A stretch of DNA of 64,000 nucleotides, taken from assembly GCA_965205485.1 (NCBI GenBank), contig OZ242180.1, positions 2,112,001 to 2,176,000 on the forward strand, read 5' to 3'. Below, piece by piece: positions 16,848-27,421 of this stretch; position 1 is the stretch's first letter, and every line of letters starts with the position of its first letter. The notes beneath the pieces are model-generated. The model was not told the DNA's origin. It ran no database searches and saw nothing but the letters and a program-made list of their open reading frames with translations. Made by a program: the position numbers and the translations under genes. The stretch comes from Candidatus Latescibacterota bacterium (lineage in GTDB: Bacteria; Latescibacterota; UBA2968; GCA-2709665).

Positions 16848-19253
16848 TTATTTAACCAGGAGCATGCGATTGGTGAGCGCGCTGCCCGGATGCGCCAGCC
16901 GATAGAAATAAACACCGCTTGAAACGGTACGCCCGAACCCGTCCCGTCCGTCCCACATGACCTCGTACCGGCCCGGACCCTGGTGATCCCGTACCAGAAC
17001 CCGTACCTGTTGACCCAGCACATTGTAGATCGTGAGGTCGACCTGCCCCGGTTCAGGGATCCGGTAAACGATCCGGGTTGAGGGGTTGAACGGGTTGGGT
17101 GTATTCGGATAAAGCGCCAGCGTCTCCGGAGCCAGCGAACTTTCGTCCTCCACGCGGGCGACGCCGCCTACGGGCAGGAGAAGTGTGATTTCCCGCCCGC
17201 CGTTGATCGGCACACTCTCCCATTTGGAAGTCGTATTGCCCGCGATATCCACGGCGCGAACCGCGTAGTAGCCCGAAACGCTTCCGGGGCTGTCAGGTCG
17301 GATTTCTATCGTGGCGCGGCCTTCGGCGTCGGTTGTGCCCCTCCACCTGTACTTCCTCTCCCGGCCGGAAACGGAACGTGAGAATTCGACCCTTGCGTGC
17401 GGTATCGGCCCGCCGTCCCGCGTCAGGAACACGTGTACGACAGAGCGATTCGCGAGGTTCGATTCGTCCGCATGTATCGGTTGCCCGGTGGTTATCCGGC
17501 CCTGTCCACCTACCGGATAGGCCGCCGCCGTGATGCGGCCGTCGAGGCCTTCCCTGATGAAGTTGACAAGCGCCTGCTGGTAGGTTACACCCAGACGTGT
17601 AAAGCGGGCGCCCCGATAGGGGTACTGGTCACCGCCCCTGGCGAGGAAGTCAACTGTTGCCACGTGAATGTCCGGCGCCCCGGATATGACGTTTCCGTTT
17701 CTGACGATACCGGCGCCGGTGTCGAGGGTTATTTCCACAATGCGGCCGCCGCGCCGCGTGACGTTTCCGCGCTCATCCAGTTCCTGAGCGACGCCATCGG
17801 GATTCCAGACCATCGTGAAGCCGGAAATCTGGGCGAACCGGCCCGAGGTGCGTTCTACCTGCGAGACCGCGTTCTCCAAGACTTCCCTGAATTGTGCCGC
17901 AGGAACGGCGGGCACGACGGTTACGAAGTTGGGGAATGGCAGCATATCGAAGGTCGTGAGTTCGGATACCGTGCCCGCGGGAATCTCATTGGCGTTGCGA
18001 ATTCCCCCGCCGTTCGCGATGCCCACGTGTGGAACGGGGACGCCGAACGACGAGGCAAGCTGTGCGCTCTGCCATCGGAGGGCGTCGGCCACCAGGTTGC
18101 CTTCGTTGGTCTCTCCGGTTCGAATTCTGCTTCTCACGCCGTCGAGCACAACTTCCGACGTTCCCACTTGATTTAAAGCCATTGAGGCAAGGGCATCGCT
18201 GACCGGGGCCACGATCCGATTCCGGACCTCTGTGTCGGGAGCCACGGCATCCGGCAGGCCGCCGCCGGCCACCCGCACCGGGCCGCTGGCGTTTCGGTCG
18301 ACTGACGTAATGACGCCGGCAGCGTCGAAGCTCGCAACGAACCGGCCGACGTATCGATAATTCCCTGCGGTGGTGACAACGTGTACGTCGTTTCCGTCAG
18401 CGCCCTGTTCGAGTATGGGGTACGGTCCGGAAATCTCTGCTTCGTCGCCGGGAATCAGGCGCGTGCCGGGATTTGCCAGGAGGTCGTCGCCGCCGCCCGC
18501 AATCACCACGTCCACGCCCCGCAATTCCCGGACGAGCTCCAGGTCGTTGTCAATGGACTGGAGGTGGCTGATCAGGACGATGATTCGCACGCCGCGTAGC
18601 GCCAGCCCGTTCACCTCGGCCTGGATGGCTTCCCGCAGCCGGCGGCCCACTCTCACGTTTCGCGGGCTGGAGATGAACGCCAGGTCCGGTGTGGTCGCGC
18701 CCACAATGCCGATATGTTCGCCGTCGACTCTGACGACCGTGCTCCCGGCAATCCGACCGGAAGTGACGAGAGCTGCCAGTTCCGGTTCGTCCCCGAAGTC
18801 CAGGTTGGCGCTGAGATATGGCGGGCCGGTGAGGCTGTAGCTGGAAATGAACCTGGCCAGGATGTCCGGTCCGAAGTCGAAGTCGTGGTTGCCGATGCAT
18901 ACGGCGTCGTACCCGATCAGGTCCATCGCCAGGGCGTCGTAGAAGGGGGCGGATTCGGGGAGCCCGAGGCTGACGTTGAATTCGGGGCCGGCGAGGAAGT
19001 TGTCGCCCGACGAAACCATGAGTACGCCGCCGTCCATACGCGCTTCCGCTTTGAGCCGATCTGCCAGGGCCTTGAATCGACCCACGCCGCCGAAGTCTTC
19101 CAGGCCCTCTCCGGCATTTATCAGCTGGGACTCGCCGTCGTTATTGTGCAGAATGGTGAGTTTGAACTCGCCGGCGGGCGCGGCGCCGGATACCGTAAAC
19201 AGACAGATCAACAGGAAGACAGTCGGACCCCATAGCTGGATTCGATGAAACAC
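16848..19253 (-). CDS. Secreted 5'-nucleotidase/PhoA-type metallophosphoesterase with C-terminal FlgD-Ig-like domain
   Basis: Signal peptide; LHNNDGES, SSGDNF, GNHDFD; 5'-NT C-domain ETNEGNLVADA, NGGGIR; tail NTPNPFNPST..WDGRD..SGVYFYRL; GTG start with GGAGG SD. Confidence 0.88.
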   Translation of the reverse strand: MFHRIQLWGPTVFLLICLFTVSGAAPAGEFKLTILHNNDGESQLINAGEGLEDFGGVGRFKALADRLKAEARMDGGVLMVSSGDNFLAGPEFNVSLGLPESAPFYDALAMDLIGYDAVCIGNHDFDFGPDILARFISSYSLTGPPYLSANLDFGDEPELAALVTSGRIAGSTVVRVDGEHIGIVGATTPDLAFISSPRNVRVGRRLREAIQAEVNGLALRGVRIIVLISHLQSIDNDLELVRELRGVDVVIAGGGDDLLANPGTRLIPGDEAEISGPYPILEQGADGNDVHVVTTAGNYRYVGRFVASFDAAGVITSVDRNASGPVRVAGGGLPDAVAPDTEVRNRIVAPVSDALASMALNQVGTSEVVLDGVRSRIRTGETNEGNLVADALRWQSAQLASSFGVPVPHVGIANGGGIRNANEIPAGTVSELTTFDMLPFPNFVTVVPAVPAAQFREVLENAVSQVERTSGRFAQISGFTMVWNPDGVAQELDERGNVTRRGGRIVEITLDTGAGIVRNGNVISGAPDIHVATVDFLARGGDQYPYRGARFTRLGVTYQQALVNFIREGLDGRITAAAYPVGGQGRITTGQPIHADESNLANRSVVHVFLTRDGGPIPHARVEFSRSVSGRERKYRWRGTTDAEGRATIEIRPDSPGSVSGYYAVRAVDIAGNTTSKWESVPINGGREITLLLPVGGVARVEDESSLAPETLALYPNTPNPFNPSTRIVYRIPEPGQVDLTIYNVLGQQVRVLVRDHQGPGRYEVMWDGRDGFGRTVSSGVYFYRLAHPGSALTNRMLLVK

Positions 19254-19392
19254 TGGTTCCTCCGTCGGATATCATGGAAAGCGGGCCGCGGGAGTCCGGC
19301 GCTTTCGGGGAATTGACCTTGACACCTGATTTGTACCTGCGTATATCATGTGCTTCCTCGCGTTCATTAATATAGTGACGATGGAGTTGTCG

Positions 19393-20316
19393 ATGTCTCC
19401 TGCCACGCCGGATGAAATCCGGAAACACTACCGGGACGCGCTGTCATCTCTGGTCGGAAAACTCGAAAAGGACCGGACCGTACTCGCTGCGATTCTGTTT
19501 GGCAGTCTGTCCTACGACGAAGTCTGGGTGAACTCGGATATCGATCTGTGGATCATCATGCAGGAGGGGGAGAAAGAAGGACATGTAACGCTCTGTGAAG
19601 ACGATGTCAACATCCAGGCGCAGCGCATTCCCCGCGGCGTCTTCAAGCGCCGGATCGAAGGCGATCTCGGCGGCGGTTGGCTGGACTTTAGTTTTTCGAA
19701 GAGCACCCTTCTTTTCACGAAAGACGATTCCGTGGCGAGATGGTACGACGCCATCGATCACATCGGAGCACGAGACCGGGCATACCAGTTGTTGAGACAC
19801 GCAAGTTTTCTGATACCTTCGCTCAACAAAGCGGAGAAGTACTTCCACCTGAAGGAGGACTTTGAATACAGCTTCTGGTGGCTCATGCAGGTTGTGCGCG
19901 AACTGGCATCGATCCAGGTGATCCTGCACAACGAAGCGCCGGGCCGGGAAGTGGTCCACCAGGCGCTCAACTACAATCCAGCATTGTTCAACGCCATCTA
20001 CACGGACTTTGTTAATCAACCGAAGACTCACGAATCCGTCAAATGCGTACTCGATATGGTCAATCACTTCCTTGAACAGCAGATCCATGTCCTCTTTCGC
20101 CCACTGCTGGACTACCTCGAGGATTCGTCTGAAGTGCGCAAACTCTCGGAAATCAGCGACTATTTCCAGAAAAAGATCCAGGGCGGCGGCCTTGAAGCGG
20201 CCTGTGAATGGCTTGTCCAGCAGGAAGTCGTCCAAAAGCTTTCCAGTCCGATCCACCTGACCGAGAAGAGCCGAATTGAAGTTGAAGAACCCGCGTATTA
20301 TTATGACGGCGAATAG
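19393..20316 (+). CDS. Pol-beta-superfamily nucleotidyltransferase-domain protein (YgxA-like architecture by inference)
   Basis: [18 protein letters not shown] (GS..DxD motif), helical middle, winged-helix-like C-terminus; alternative starts at 19348/19381. Confidence 0.75.
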   Translation: MSPATPDEIRKHYRDALSSLVGKLEKDRTVLAAILFGSLSYDEVWVNSDIDLWIIMQEGEKEGHVTLCEDDVNIQAQRIPRGVFKRRIEGDLGGGWLDFSFSKSTLLFTKDDSVARWYDAIDHIGARDRAYQLLRHASFLIPSLNKAEKYFHLKEDFEYSFWWLMQVVRELASIQVILHNEAPGREVVHQALNYNPALFNAIYTDFVNQPKTHESVKCVLDMVNHFLEQQIHVLFRPLLDYLEDSSEVRKLSEISDYFQKKIQGGGLEAACEWLVQQEVVQKLSSPIHLTEKSRIEVEEPAYYYDGE

Positions 20317-20448
20317 ACGAAAAAACGAATAGACGAGAATACGAGAAAACCAGCAGACGAATGATATATTCCCGCTTTTTCGTAGTTTCGTAAATTCGTA
20401 GTCTCGCAGTTTCGTTCTTTCGTAGTTTCGTTCTCTCGTAGTTTCGCT
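20310..20448 (+). repeat. 8-nt periodic inverted-arm repeat element, copy 1
   Basis: About 7 ACGARAAT-type units, a conserved core, then about 9 TTTCGTAG-type units; followed by a T8 tract. Confidence 0.85.
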
Positions 20449-20471
20449 CGGTTTTTTTTAAAAGGCCATCG

Positions 20472-23345
20472 ATGAGATCGACCATTGAGGTCAAAGGCGC
20501 CCGGGAAAACAACCTGCGGAATATCCATCTGGAAATCCCGCGCGACAAGCTGGTTGTGGTCACCGGCGTGAGCGGTTCCGGGAAATCCTCCCTCGCTTTC
20601 GATACCGTGTACGCCGAAGGACAGCGGCGATTCATGGAGTCGCTTTCCACCTTTGCCCGCCGATTCGTTTCACAACTCAGGAAGCCGGACGTCGACTTCG
20701 TGAATGGTCTCTCTCCGGTCGTCTCGATAGAACAGAAGACCGTGATGAAGAATCCCCGCTCGACCGTGGGGACGATGACGGACCTGTCGGACTATCTGCG
20801 CATGCTTTATGCTAATATCGGGCAGCCTCGTTGCCCGGTCACCGGAGAGAAAGTCAGCGTCTGGACACCGCATCAGATGATGGAACACCTGCTTGCCCTG
20901 CCCGACGGCGCGGAGATCGAAGTTCTGGCGCCGGTACTCAAGATCTACGGCGAAGATTACGCCTACCTCTTCGATGACGTTCGCACCAAGGGATACCGGC
21001 GGGTGCGCATTGACGATACGCCTCACGACCTGGGCGAGGAAATCGAACTCGATGAAGACCAGGACTACCGGATCGAAGTGATCGTGGATCGCTTTGTTGT
21101 CCGCGACGGTCTCGAGAAACAGATCGTGACGTCCCTTACGCACGGCCTCGAGGTCATTGGCGAAGGGTTCCTGAGTTTCCGCATACTCTCCGGTGTCGGC
21201 AAGCCGGGAGTGGATTCTTTCCACCGAAAACTCGGCGCTTCGTCAGCGCGCGTCGTCGCGGGACGTATGCATCACGGGATGTTTACGTTCAATGATCCCG
21301 CCGGGGCCTGCGTGACGTGCTCCGGTCTGGGCACCTATCTGAAAGCGCATCCCGATCTCGTCGCCCCCGACAAGGACCGCAGTCTGCGGGAGGGCGCGTT
21401 CGTGAAGGAAGCGCTGAAATACGATGTCAATACCTGGGGCGGGCGTATCCTCTACAGCCTGTCCAGAAAATACGGTTTTGACCTGGACACCCCCTATAAG
21501 GACCTTTCCGATGGCGTAAGGGACCTCCTTCTGTACGGAACTGGTGGCGAAAAAATCGTCATCGAACAGCCCCCGGACGCCAAGGTCGGCGCAAAATACA
21601 TCGGGCGGGAATTTCGTTACGACGGCGTCATCAATCAGATCGAACGCCAGTACCGACGATACCGACAAAAGGGTGTGGCGCACGGGGGCATGGAAGACTA
21701 TCTGCGCAAGACCATGGTCGAGAACCCCTGTCCGGACTGCGGTGGGGAGCGGTTGAAGAAACAGCGTCTTCTGGTCACGATTGACAGCCACAACATCCAC
21801 AGTCTCGGGGAAATGCATCTCCCTGAGTTGCTCACTTTTCTGAAGGAACTCGCCATCCCTTCGAAACAGAAGGAGGTGGTCTCGCAGATCGTCCACGAGA
21901 TTTCATCCCGCCTCGAACTGTTGATCGGCATCGGCCTCGATTATCTCAACCTCAACCGTCCAACCGGTACGCTCTCCGGCGGCGAGTCCCAGCGCATTCG
22001 CCTTTCCACCCAGATCGGCTCGGGGCTGATGGGCATGCTCTATGTTCTGGATGAACCCAGCATCGGCCTGCACCCCAAAGACAACGTCAAGATGATCGGT
22101 ACCATGAGACGCCTTCGAGACATCGGCAACACGGTCATCGTCGTCGAACACGACGAGGAGACCATCCGCGCTGCGGATCACATCATTGAAATGGGTCCCG
22201 GTCCCGGAGTACACGGGGGCTGCGTTGTCGCGGCAGGTCCTTTCGAGGACGTACTGTCCTGCAGCGAATCGCCGACGGCGCAGTATCTGAGCGGCGCCAG
22301 AACAATCGCCGTTCCCGCTCAACGCCGCGAGAAGAACGCCAGGGCGATTCGCATCACGGGCGCGCGGGCGAACAACCTCAATAACGTCGACGTTGAAATC
22401 CCGCTGGGAATCTTCACATGTATCACCGGCGCGTCCGGTTCGGGCAAAAGCACCCTGATTCACGAAGTACTTTACAAGAAACTATACAATCTGTTTCACG
22501 ACAGCCGGATCTTTTCCGGGGATCATGATGATCTCTCGGGTCACGAACCCGTGGGAGACGTCATCAACATCGACCAGACCGCCATCGGCCGGTCTCCAAG
22601 GTCCAATCCCGCGACGTACATTGGATTCTACGACAATATCCGAAAGTGTTTCGCATCCACCGAAGAAGCCATGGAACGTGGTTATACGGCCTCCCGATTC
22701 AGCTTCAACGTCAAAGGGGGCCGCTGCGAGGAATGCGCCGGCGAAGGCGAGATCAAGACAAGCTTCGCCTTCATGCCCGACGTTTCCATACCTTGTCCCA
22801 CCTGCAAGGGCGCACGCTACAACGACGAGACCTTGGACGTCACCTACCGGGACAAGACCATTGCCGACGTCCTGAACATGTCGATTGAAGAAGGCGTGTT
22901 ATTCTTCAAGGGGAACAACCTGATTGCCCACAAGCTTTCCGTACTCGACAACCTGGGGCTGGGCTACCTGAAAATCGGCCATCCGGCCACCATCCTCTCG
23001 GGCGGAGAGGCGCAGCGCATTAAACTCGCCAATGAACTCGGCAAGATCAAACGCGGCAGGCACAATCTCTACATCCTCGACGAGCCGACCACGGGACTTC
23101 ACCTAGCGGATATCCAGAAACTGCTCGACGCGCTCAACGGCCTCGTCGACGCCGGACACACGGTTGTTGTCATCGAACATCATCTGGATGTGATCAAGAC
23201 CGCCGACTACGTGATCGACCTCGGTCCTGAGGGCGGGCACAACGGGGGAGACGTGATTGCCACGGGTCCGCCCGAGGCGGTGGCCGCTGTCGAGCGGTCG
23301 TATACGGGACAGTTCCTCAAACCGCACCTCGAAGGGAAGTCGTAA
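20472..23345 (+). CDS. uvrA: Excinuclease ABC subunit A-family ATPase (divergent UvrA)
   Basis: [75 protein letters not shown]. Confidence 0.92.
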   Translation: MRSTIEVKGARENNLRNIHLEIPRDKLVVVTGVSGSGKSSLAFDTVYAEGQRRFMESLSTFARRFVSQLRKPDVDFVNGLSPVVSIEQKTVMKNPRSTVGTMTDLSDYLRMLYANIGQPRCPVTGEKVSVWTPHQMMEHLLALPDGAEIEVLAPVLKIYGEDYAYLFDDVRTKGYRRVRIDDTPHDLGEEIELDEDQDYRIEVIVDRFVVRDGLEKQIVTSLTHGLEVIGEGFLSFRILSGVGKPGVDSFHRKLGASSARVVAGRMHHGMFTFNDPAGACVTCSGLGTYLKAHPDLVAPDKDRSLREGAFVKEALKYDVNTWGGRILYSLSRKYGFDLDTPYKDLSDGVRDLLLYGTGGEKIVIEQPPDAKVGAKYIGREFRYDGVINQIERQYRRYRQKGVAHGGMEDYLRKTMVENPCPDCGGERLKKQRLLVTIDSHNIHSLGEMHLPELLTFLKELAIPSKQKEVVSQIVHEISSRLELLIGIGLDYLNLNRPTGTLSGGESQRIRLSTQIGSGLMGMLYVLDEPSIGLHPKDNVKMIGTMRRLRDIGNTVIVVEHDEETIRAADHIIEMGPGPGVHGGCVVAAGPFEDVLSCSESPTAQYLSGARTIAVPAQRREKNARAIRITGARANNLNNVDVEIPLGIFTCITGASGSGKSTLIHEVLYKKLYNLFHDSRIFSGDHDDLSGHEPVGDVINIDQTAIGRSPRSNPATYIGFYDNIRKCFASTEEAMERGYTASRFSFNVKGGRCEECAGEGEIKTSFAFMPDVSIPCPTCKGARYNDETLDVTYRDKTIADVLNMSIEEGVLFFKGNNLIAHKLSVLDNLGLGYLKIGHPATILSGGEAQRIKLANELGKIKRGRHNLYILDEPTTGLHLADIQKLLDALNGLVDAGHTVVVIEHHLDVIKTADYVIDLGPEGGHNGGDVIATGPPEAVAAVERSYTGQFLKPHLEGKS

Positions 23346-23358
23346 CGCTCGCCTTTAG

Positions 23359-23504
23359 CAGCCCGTTGAAAAAGCCCATCCGGTCTACGGCCGGCCCTTG
23401 CGGTCGAAATACTGCGTTGCGCTCCCTCGCCGAATCGAGGGATGGGACTCGGTCGCGCGCCTTGTCTTCGGCCTCGCCTGCAGAGCGACTTTATCAACGG
23501 ACTG
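23359..23504. mobile_element. MITE family B, reverse orientation
   Basis: CAGCCCGTTGAAAAAG ... CTTTATCAACGGACTG; flanks TTAG/TTAT. Confidence 0.85.
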
Positions 23505-23506
23505 TT

Positions 23507-24295
23507 ATGAGACCCCACGAGATTGCGCGACGATTAATGGCGATCAGGCAGAGGGAACTCGATTGCGTTCCACGCGATTCGAGGATCCAGGTACCCTCTG
23601 ATACCGCCGTCGTCACACTCGATCCTCCTTCCGCCTCATTGCCCTATCCATCGGCAAATCGGAATGGCGTAGCATTCTTCGGATGCGGGAGGCGTGTTTC
23701 CAGGTCCGATTTACTGGAAATCCTGGACGTATTCAGCGAATCGAAGGTCCAACGGTTTTTCTTCTGGATGAGTCCGAACCCGCAGGAAGAGGAAATAACC
23801 GGGTGGTTGGGGGACAACGGTCTCAAACCGTTTAAAGGAACCACGTATCCCACGCTGATTCGTCCCGCTGAAAGCGTGGAACCGTTTCCGACCGGCCTGG
23901 CCGTGCGTCGGGTATCAGGACGCGAGGTCGAAAGGCGGAAAGATGCGATTCTCCGCATATTCGAGCCCTGGCCGTGTTCATTCTTCTTCCAATGTGTCGA
24001 TCGGGGCGGATTCGACCATTTCCTGGCATATGACGGCGATACGCCTGTCAGCGCCGCGATACTGGCCCGCCATGGAGATTTCGCCTATCTGGGATGGGCA
24101 GGGACCGCGGAGGCGCACAGAGGAAAGGGCGGCCAGAATGCGCTGATCCGAGCCCGGCTGAATCGCGCCGCGGAACTGGGATGCCGGGTGGCCTGCAGCG
24201 AGACCCTGACGATGCTGAAGACATCGCTTGGAAATCTCGAACGCAACGGATTTGAGATCGCCTACTACAAGAAAGTCTATGTTTGGGAGGGCTGA
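23507..24295 (+). CDS. GNAT-family N-acetyltransferase
   Basis: AYLGWAGTAEAHRGKGGQNALIRARL (motif A), SLGNLERNGF; the ORF-track extension to 23366 is MITE sequence. Confidence 0.8.
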   Translation: MRPHEIARRLMAIRQRELDCVPRDSRIQVPSDTAVVTLDPPSASLPYPSANRNGVAFFGCGRRVSRSDLLEILDVFSESKVQRFFFWMSPNPQEEEITGWLGDNGLKPFKGTTYPTLIRPAESVEPFPTGLAVRRVSGREVERRKDAILRIFEPWPCSFFFQCVDRGGFDHFLAYDGDTPVSAAILARHGDFAYLGWAGTAEAHRGKGGQNALIRARLNRAAELGCRVACSETLTMLKTSLGNLERNGFEIAYYKKVYVWEG

Positions 24296-24398
24296 AATCC
24301 AGTGTCCCTTCCCGGAAACAGGACACCATTCTTCCAACGATTCATCACGTCACGCTACGTCCAGGTTCGTTCAGCATGTTCTAATTCGCTCCCCGAAA

Positions 24399-24523
24399 CG
24401 TGGTCATTGAGCTTGTCGAAATGCCCGCGTTTCGTTATCCGTCAGGTGCCAATAGACATCCCTTCACCGACCCTTCGACAAGCTCAGGGAGCGGTTCAGG
24501 GCTCAGGCGCAGGTTCCTGAGCC
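24399..24523. repeat. REP-like doublet (family C)
   Basis: CGTGGTCATTGAGCTTGTCGAAATGCCCGC paired with inverted CCCTTCGACAAGCTCAGG; recurs at 32789 and 41902-42040. Confidence 0.75.
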
Positions 24524-24605
24524 TATTAGAGGGATGCCAGCCGGGTACCTCGGCGGCCGAATTCAGGCAATCCATCTGCATAACAGAACGTCCAGGAGGC
24601 CGATT

Positions 24606-25034
24606 ATGTCACAAGCACCCGCGGGTTACCACACAGTTACCCCGTATCTTGTCGTTGACGATATAGAAGCGCTCATTTACTTCCTGAAGGACGCATTCGG
24701 GGCCGAAGAGAGTGAACGCGTTCCCGGTCCGGACGGGGTCACCAGGCATGCCGAGGTCCGAATTGGGGATTCGGTTGTCATGATGGGCGCCGCTCAAGAG
24801 GGGTATCCGGCCATGCCGGCCGCGCTTTATATGTACGTCGAAGATACCGACGCGACCTACGCATCCGCGCTCGGCGCCGGTGCGGAATCAATCATGGAGC
24901 CCGCGGACCAGTTCTACGGGGACCGGAACGCCGGCGTCAGGGACAGCCAGGGCAACACCTGGTGGATCGCCACGCGCGTTGAGGACCTGACCCGCGAGGA
25001 GCTCCGCAAACGGGCGCAGACCGCGCAACACTGA
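24606..25034 (+). CDS. VOC/glyoxalase family protein (PhnB-like)
   Basis: GYHTVTPYL, HAEVRIGDSVVM, DQFYGDRNAGVRDSQGNTWWIAT; AGGAGG SD. Confidence 0.9.
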   Translation: MSQAPAGYHTVTPYLVVDDIEALIYFLKDAFGAEESERVPGPDGVTRHAEVRIGDSVVMMGAAQEGYPAMPAALYMYVEDTDATYASALGAGAESIMEPADQFYGDRNAGVRDSQGNTWWIATRVEDLTREELRKRAQTAQH

Positions 25035-25042
25035 GTTCGAAG

Positions 25043-27418
25043 ATTCTATACAACTTTCTCAAAGTCGCGGTTCGTAACGCGATCCGCAACAGGACCCACA
25101 CCGCGATCAGCGTTGCCAGTCTGGTGATCGGATTGACCTGTGCCGTGCTCATTGTGGTGTATATCCGCTATGAGATGAGCTACGACGCCTATCGTCCTCA
25201 TGCAGACCGGGTTTTCCGCGTCATGCAAAAGGATGTAGACCAGCGTGGCCGTGTTCGATGGCAGAGCGCGCTGCCGGCAAAGATCGCGGTGAGCCTGCGC
25301 AACGACTATCCCCAGGTGGAGGACGTCGTCCAATACCGCCAGATCAGTTCCTGGTTCCGCGCCGAAGGCCGGATATTTCGCCAGCGGCTCTGTCCCGTCG
25401 ACGGCGACGCTCTCGGCTTTTTCGGGCTCGACGTCATACACGGAGACGCCGCCTCGCTTTCCCGCGAGGACGCCTCCGTCGTGCTGACCAGGAACGTCGC
25501 GGAAAAACTCTTTGGGGACGCGGAGCCCGTGGGCAGGACCGTGGAAGTTCAGCGCGAGACCCACTTTCAGTCGTTCACTGTCATCGCAGTAATGGAGGAT
25601 CTTCCCACCAATACGCGCTTCGAGTTCGACAGCGTCACGCGCTTTGCCTCGGACATCTGGGCGATCCGGGCGGCGCCGATCTTTATTCGTCTGCAACCGG
25701 ACGCGGACGTGGCGACGGTGGAGCGGGCGCTTGCCGCTCAGTTTCCCACGGCTTCCGGCCGCGCGACGTACCGGCTCCAGCCCATGCCGCGCATCCACCT
25801 GTATTCCAAAGTCGACCTGGAGGGTTTCAAGGGAGACTCGGGGATGTTGTACGGCGACGTTCGCGATCTCTATCCGCTATCGGCGCTGGGTCTCGGAATC
25901 CTCATCATCGCGTGTATCAACTTCATGAATCTGGCCACCGCGCGCTCGGCCCTGCGCGCCCGCGAGACCGGCCTGCGCAAAGTCGCCGGCGCCCATCGCG
26001 AAGGCCTGATCAGCCAGTTCCTTTGCGAGTCCCTCCTGGTTACCCTTGTCGCGCTGCCGTTGTCCATCGGATTGACGAGGGCGCTTCTGCCCCAGTTCTC
26101 AGCTCTGATGGGCAAACCGCTTGTCTTCGACGTCGTCGAGCAGATTCACTGGATTCTGGGTGTTGCCGCGATCACCGGCCTTGTGTCCGGAATCTATCCG
26201 GGCTTTTATCTGTCGGCCCAGCAACCGGCAGACGCATTCAGAGGCCTGCGCAAGGGGCTGCCCCGGGATCTCTGGGTGCGCCGGACCCTGGTGATTCTGC
26301 AGTTCGGGGCATCCACAGTCCTCATTGCGACCACGCTCGTCGTCTACCTGCAGATGGACCTCGTGCGGAAGCGAGACCTGGGATTCAGCCGGAACGGGAT
26401 CCTGGTCGTCAAGATCTTCGGACCAGACGCCGAACGACTGCCCCTGAACAGCCGCTACAACACGGTCAAACAGCGGTTTCTGTCTCATCCGGACATCATA
26501 TCGGCGGCCGCGAGCCTGGACCTGCCGGGGCACAGCTGGCCCAAACGACGCTTCGTATCCCCCGTCGATTCGCCCGATCGGGAGTTTGAAGCGCGGGTAT
26601 TTCGAGCGAATGAGGACTTCCTCGATTGTTACGGTATTCCGATACTGGAGGGACGGCCTTTCTCGCGGGATTACGCCGAACGGTCAATTGGCGGTGTCGA
26701 AGGGACGGAGGTTCTGATAAACGAGACGGCGGCGGAGAAATTCGGCTGGATCCGGCCCGTCGGGCAGGCGTTCCTGCTGAACAAGCGAGCCGCAAGGGTC
26801 GTGGGGATGGTCCGGGACTTTCACGTGCGGTCTCTGAGAGAACCCATGGTCCCCCTGGTGATATCGGCGGCGGGATCGAATCTGAAATATCTGCATCTGA
26901 AGATCAAGGAGGATCGAGAGCAGGAAGCGCTTTCGGACATAAGGGAGATCTGGTCTAAACTGGTCCCGACGATCCCTTTCGAGAGCTTCTTCATCGACGA
27001 CTACGTGGAATCAAAGTACAGTCATGAATACCGCCAGGGGACGCTGGTCGTCCGTTCTGCAGTAGTCGCCATCCTCCTGGCGTGTCTGGGAGTCGCCGGG
27101 TTGGCCGCATTCGCCGCCGAGCGGCGCACCCGCGAGATCGCGATTCGCAAAGTGCTGGGCGCTTCGGAAGGCCATCTCCTGCTGCGGGTTGCCAGGGAAT
27201 TCCCGATGCTCGCACTCCTGGCGGGGGCGGCCGCGTGTCCGTTTGCCTACCTGTTGGCACGGGACTGGCTGCGGAATTTTGCATACCGGATCGATCTCAC
27301 GGTCTGGCCGTTCCTTCTCAGTGTGAAGGTCACGCTCCTGATCGCCGTCATAACGGTCGTTCGATTCGCCCGACAGGCGGCCCGTACCAACCCCGTCGAT
27401 GTCTTGAGCCAGGAATAA
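25043..27418 (+). CDS. MacB/FtsX-type ABC transporter permease with duplicated periplasmic and FtsX domains (proposed ATT start; first canonical start GTG 25124)
   Basis: ILYNFLKVAVRNAIRNR N-terminus, IACINFMNLATARS..RETGLRKVAGA, ERRTREIAIRKVLGAS, NPVDVL. Confidence 0.88.
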   Translation: MLYNFLKVAVRNAIRNRTHTAISVASLVIGLTCAVLIVVYIRYEMSYDAYRPHADRVFRVMQKDVDQRGRVRWQSALPAKIAVSLRNDYPQVEDVVQYRQISSWFRAEGRIFRQRLCPVDGDALGFFGLDVIHGDAASLSREDASVVLTRNVAEKLFGDAEPVGRTVEVQRETHFQSFTVIAVMEDLPTNTRFEFDSVTRFASDIWAIRAAPIFIRLQPDADVATVERALAAQFPTASGRATYRLQPMPRIHLYSKVDLEGFKGDSGMLYGDVRDLYPLSALGLGILIIACINFMNLATARSALRARETGLRKVAGAHREGLISQFLCESLLVTLVALPLSIGLTRALLPQFSALMGKPLVFDVVEQIHWILGVAAITGLVSGIYPGFYLSAQQPADAFRGLRKGLPRDLWVRRTLVILQFGASTVLIATTLVVYLQMDLVRKRDLGFSRNGILVVKIFGPDAERLPLNSRYNTVKQRFLSHPDIISAAASLDLPGHSWPKRRFVSPVDSPDREFEARVFRANEDFLDCYGIPILEGRPFSRDYAERSIGGVEGTEVLINETAAEKFGWIRPVGQAFLLNKRAARVVGMVRDFHVRSLREPMVPLVISAAGSNLKYLHLKIKEDREQEALSDIREIWSKLVPTIPFESFFIDDYVESKYSHEYRQGTLVVRSAVVAILLACLGVAGLAAFAAERRTREIAIRKVLGASEGHLLLRVAREFPMLALLAGAAACPFAYLLARDWLRNFAYRIDLTVWPFLLSVKVTLLIAVITVVRFARQAARTNPVDVLSQE

Positions 27419-27421
27419 GGC

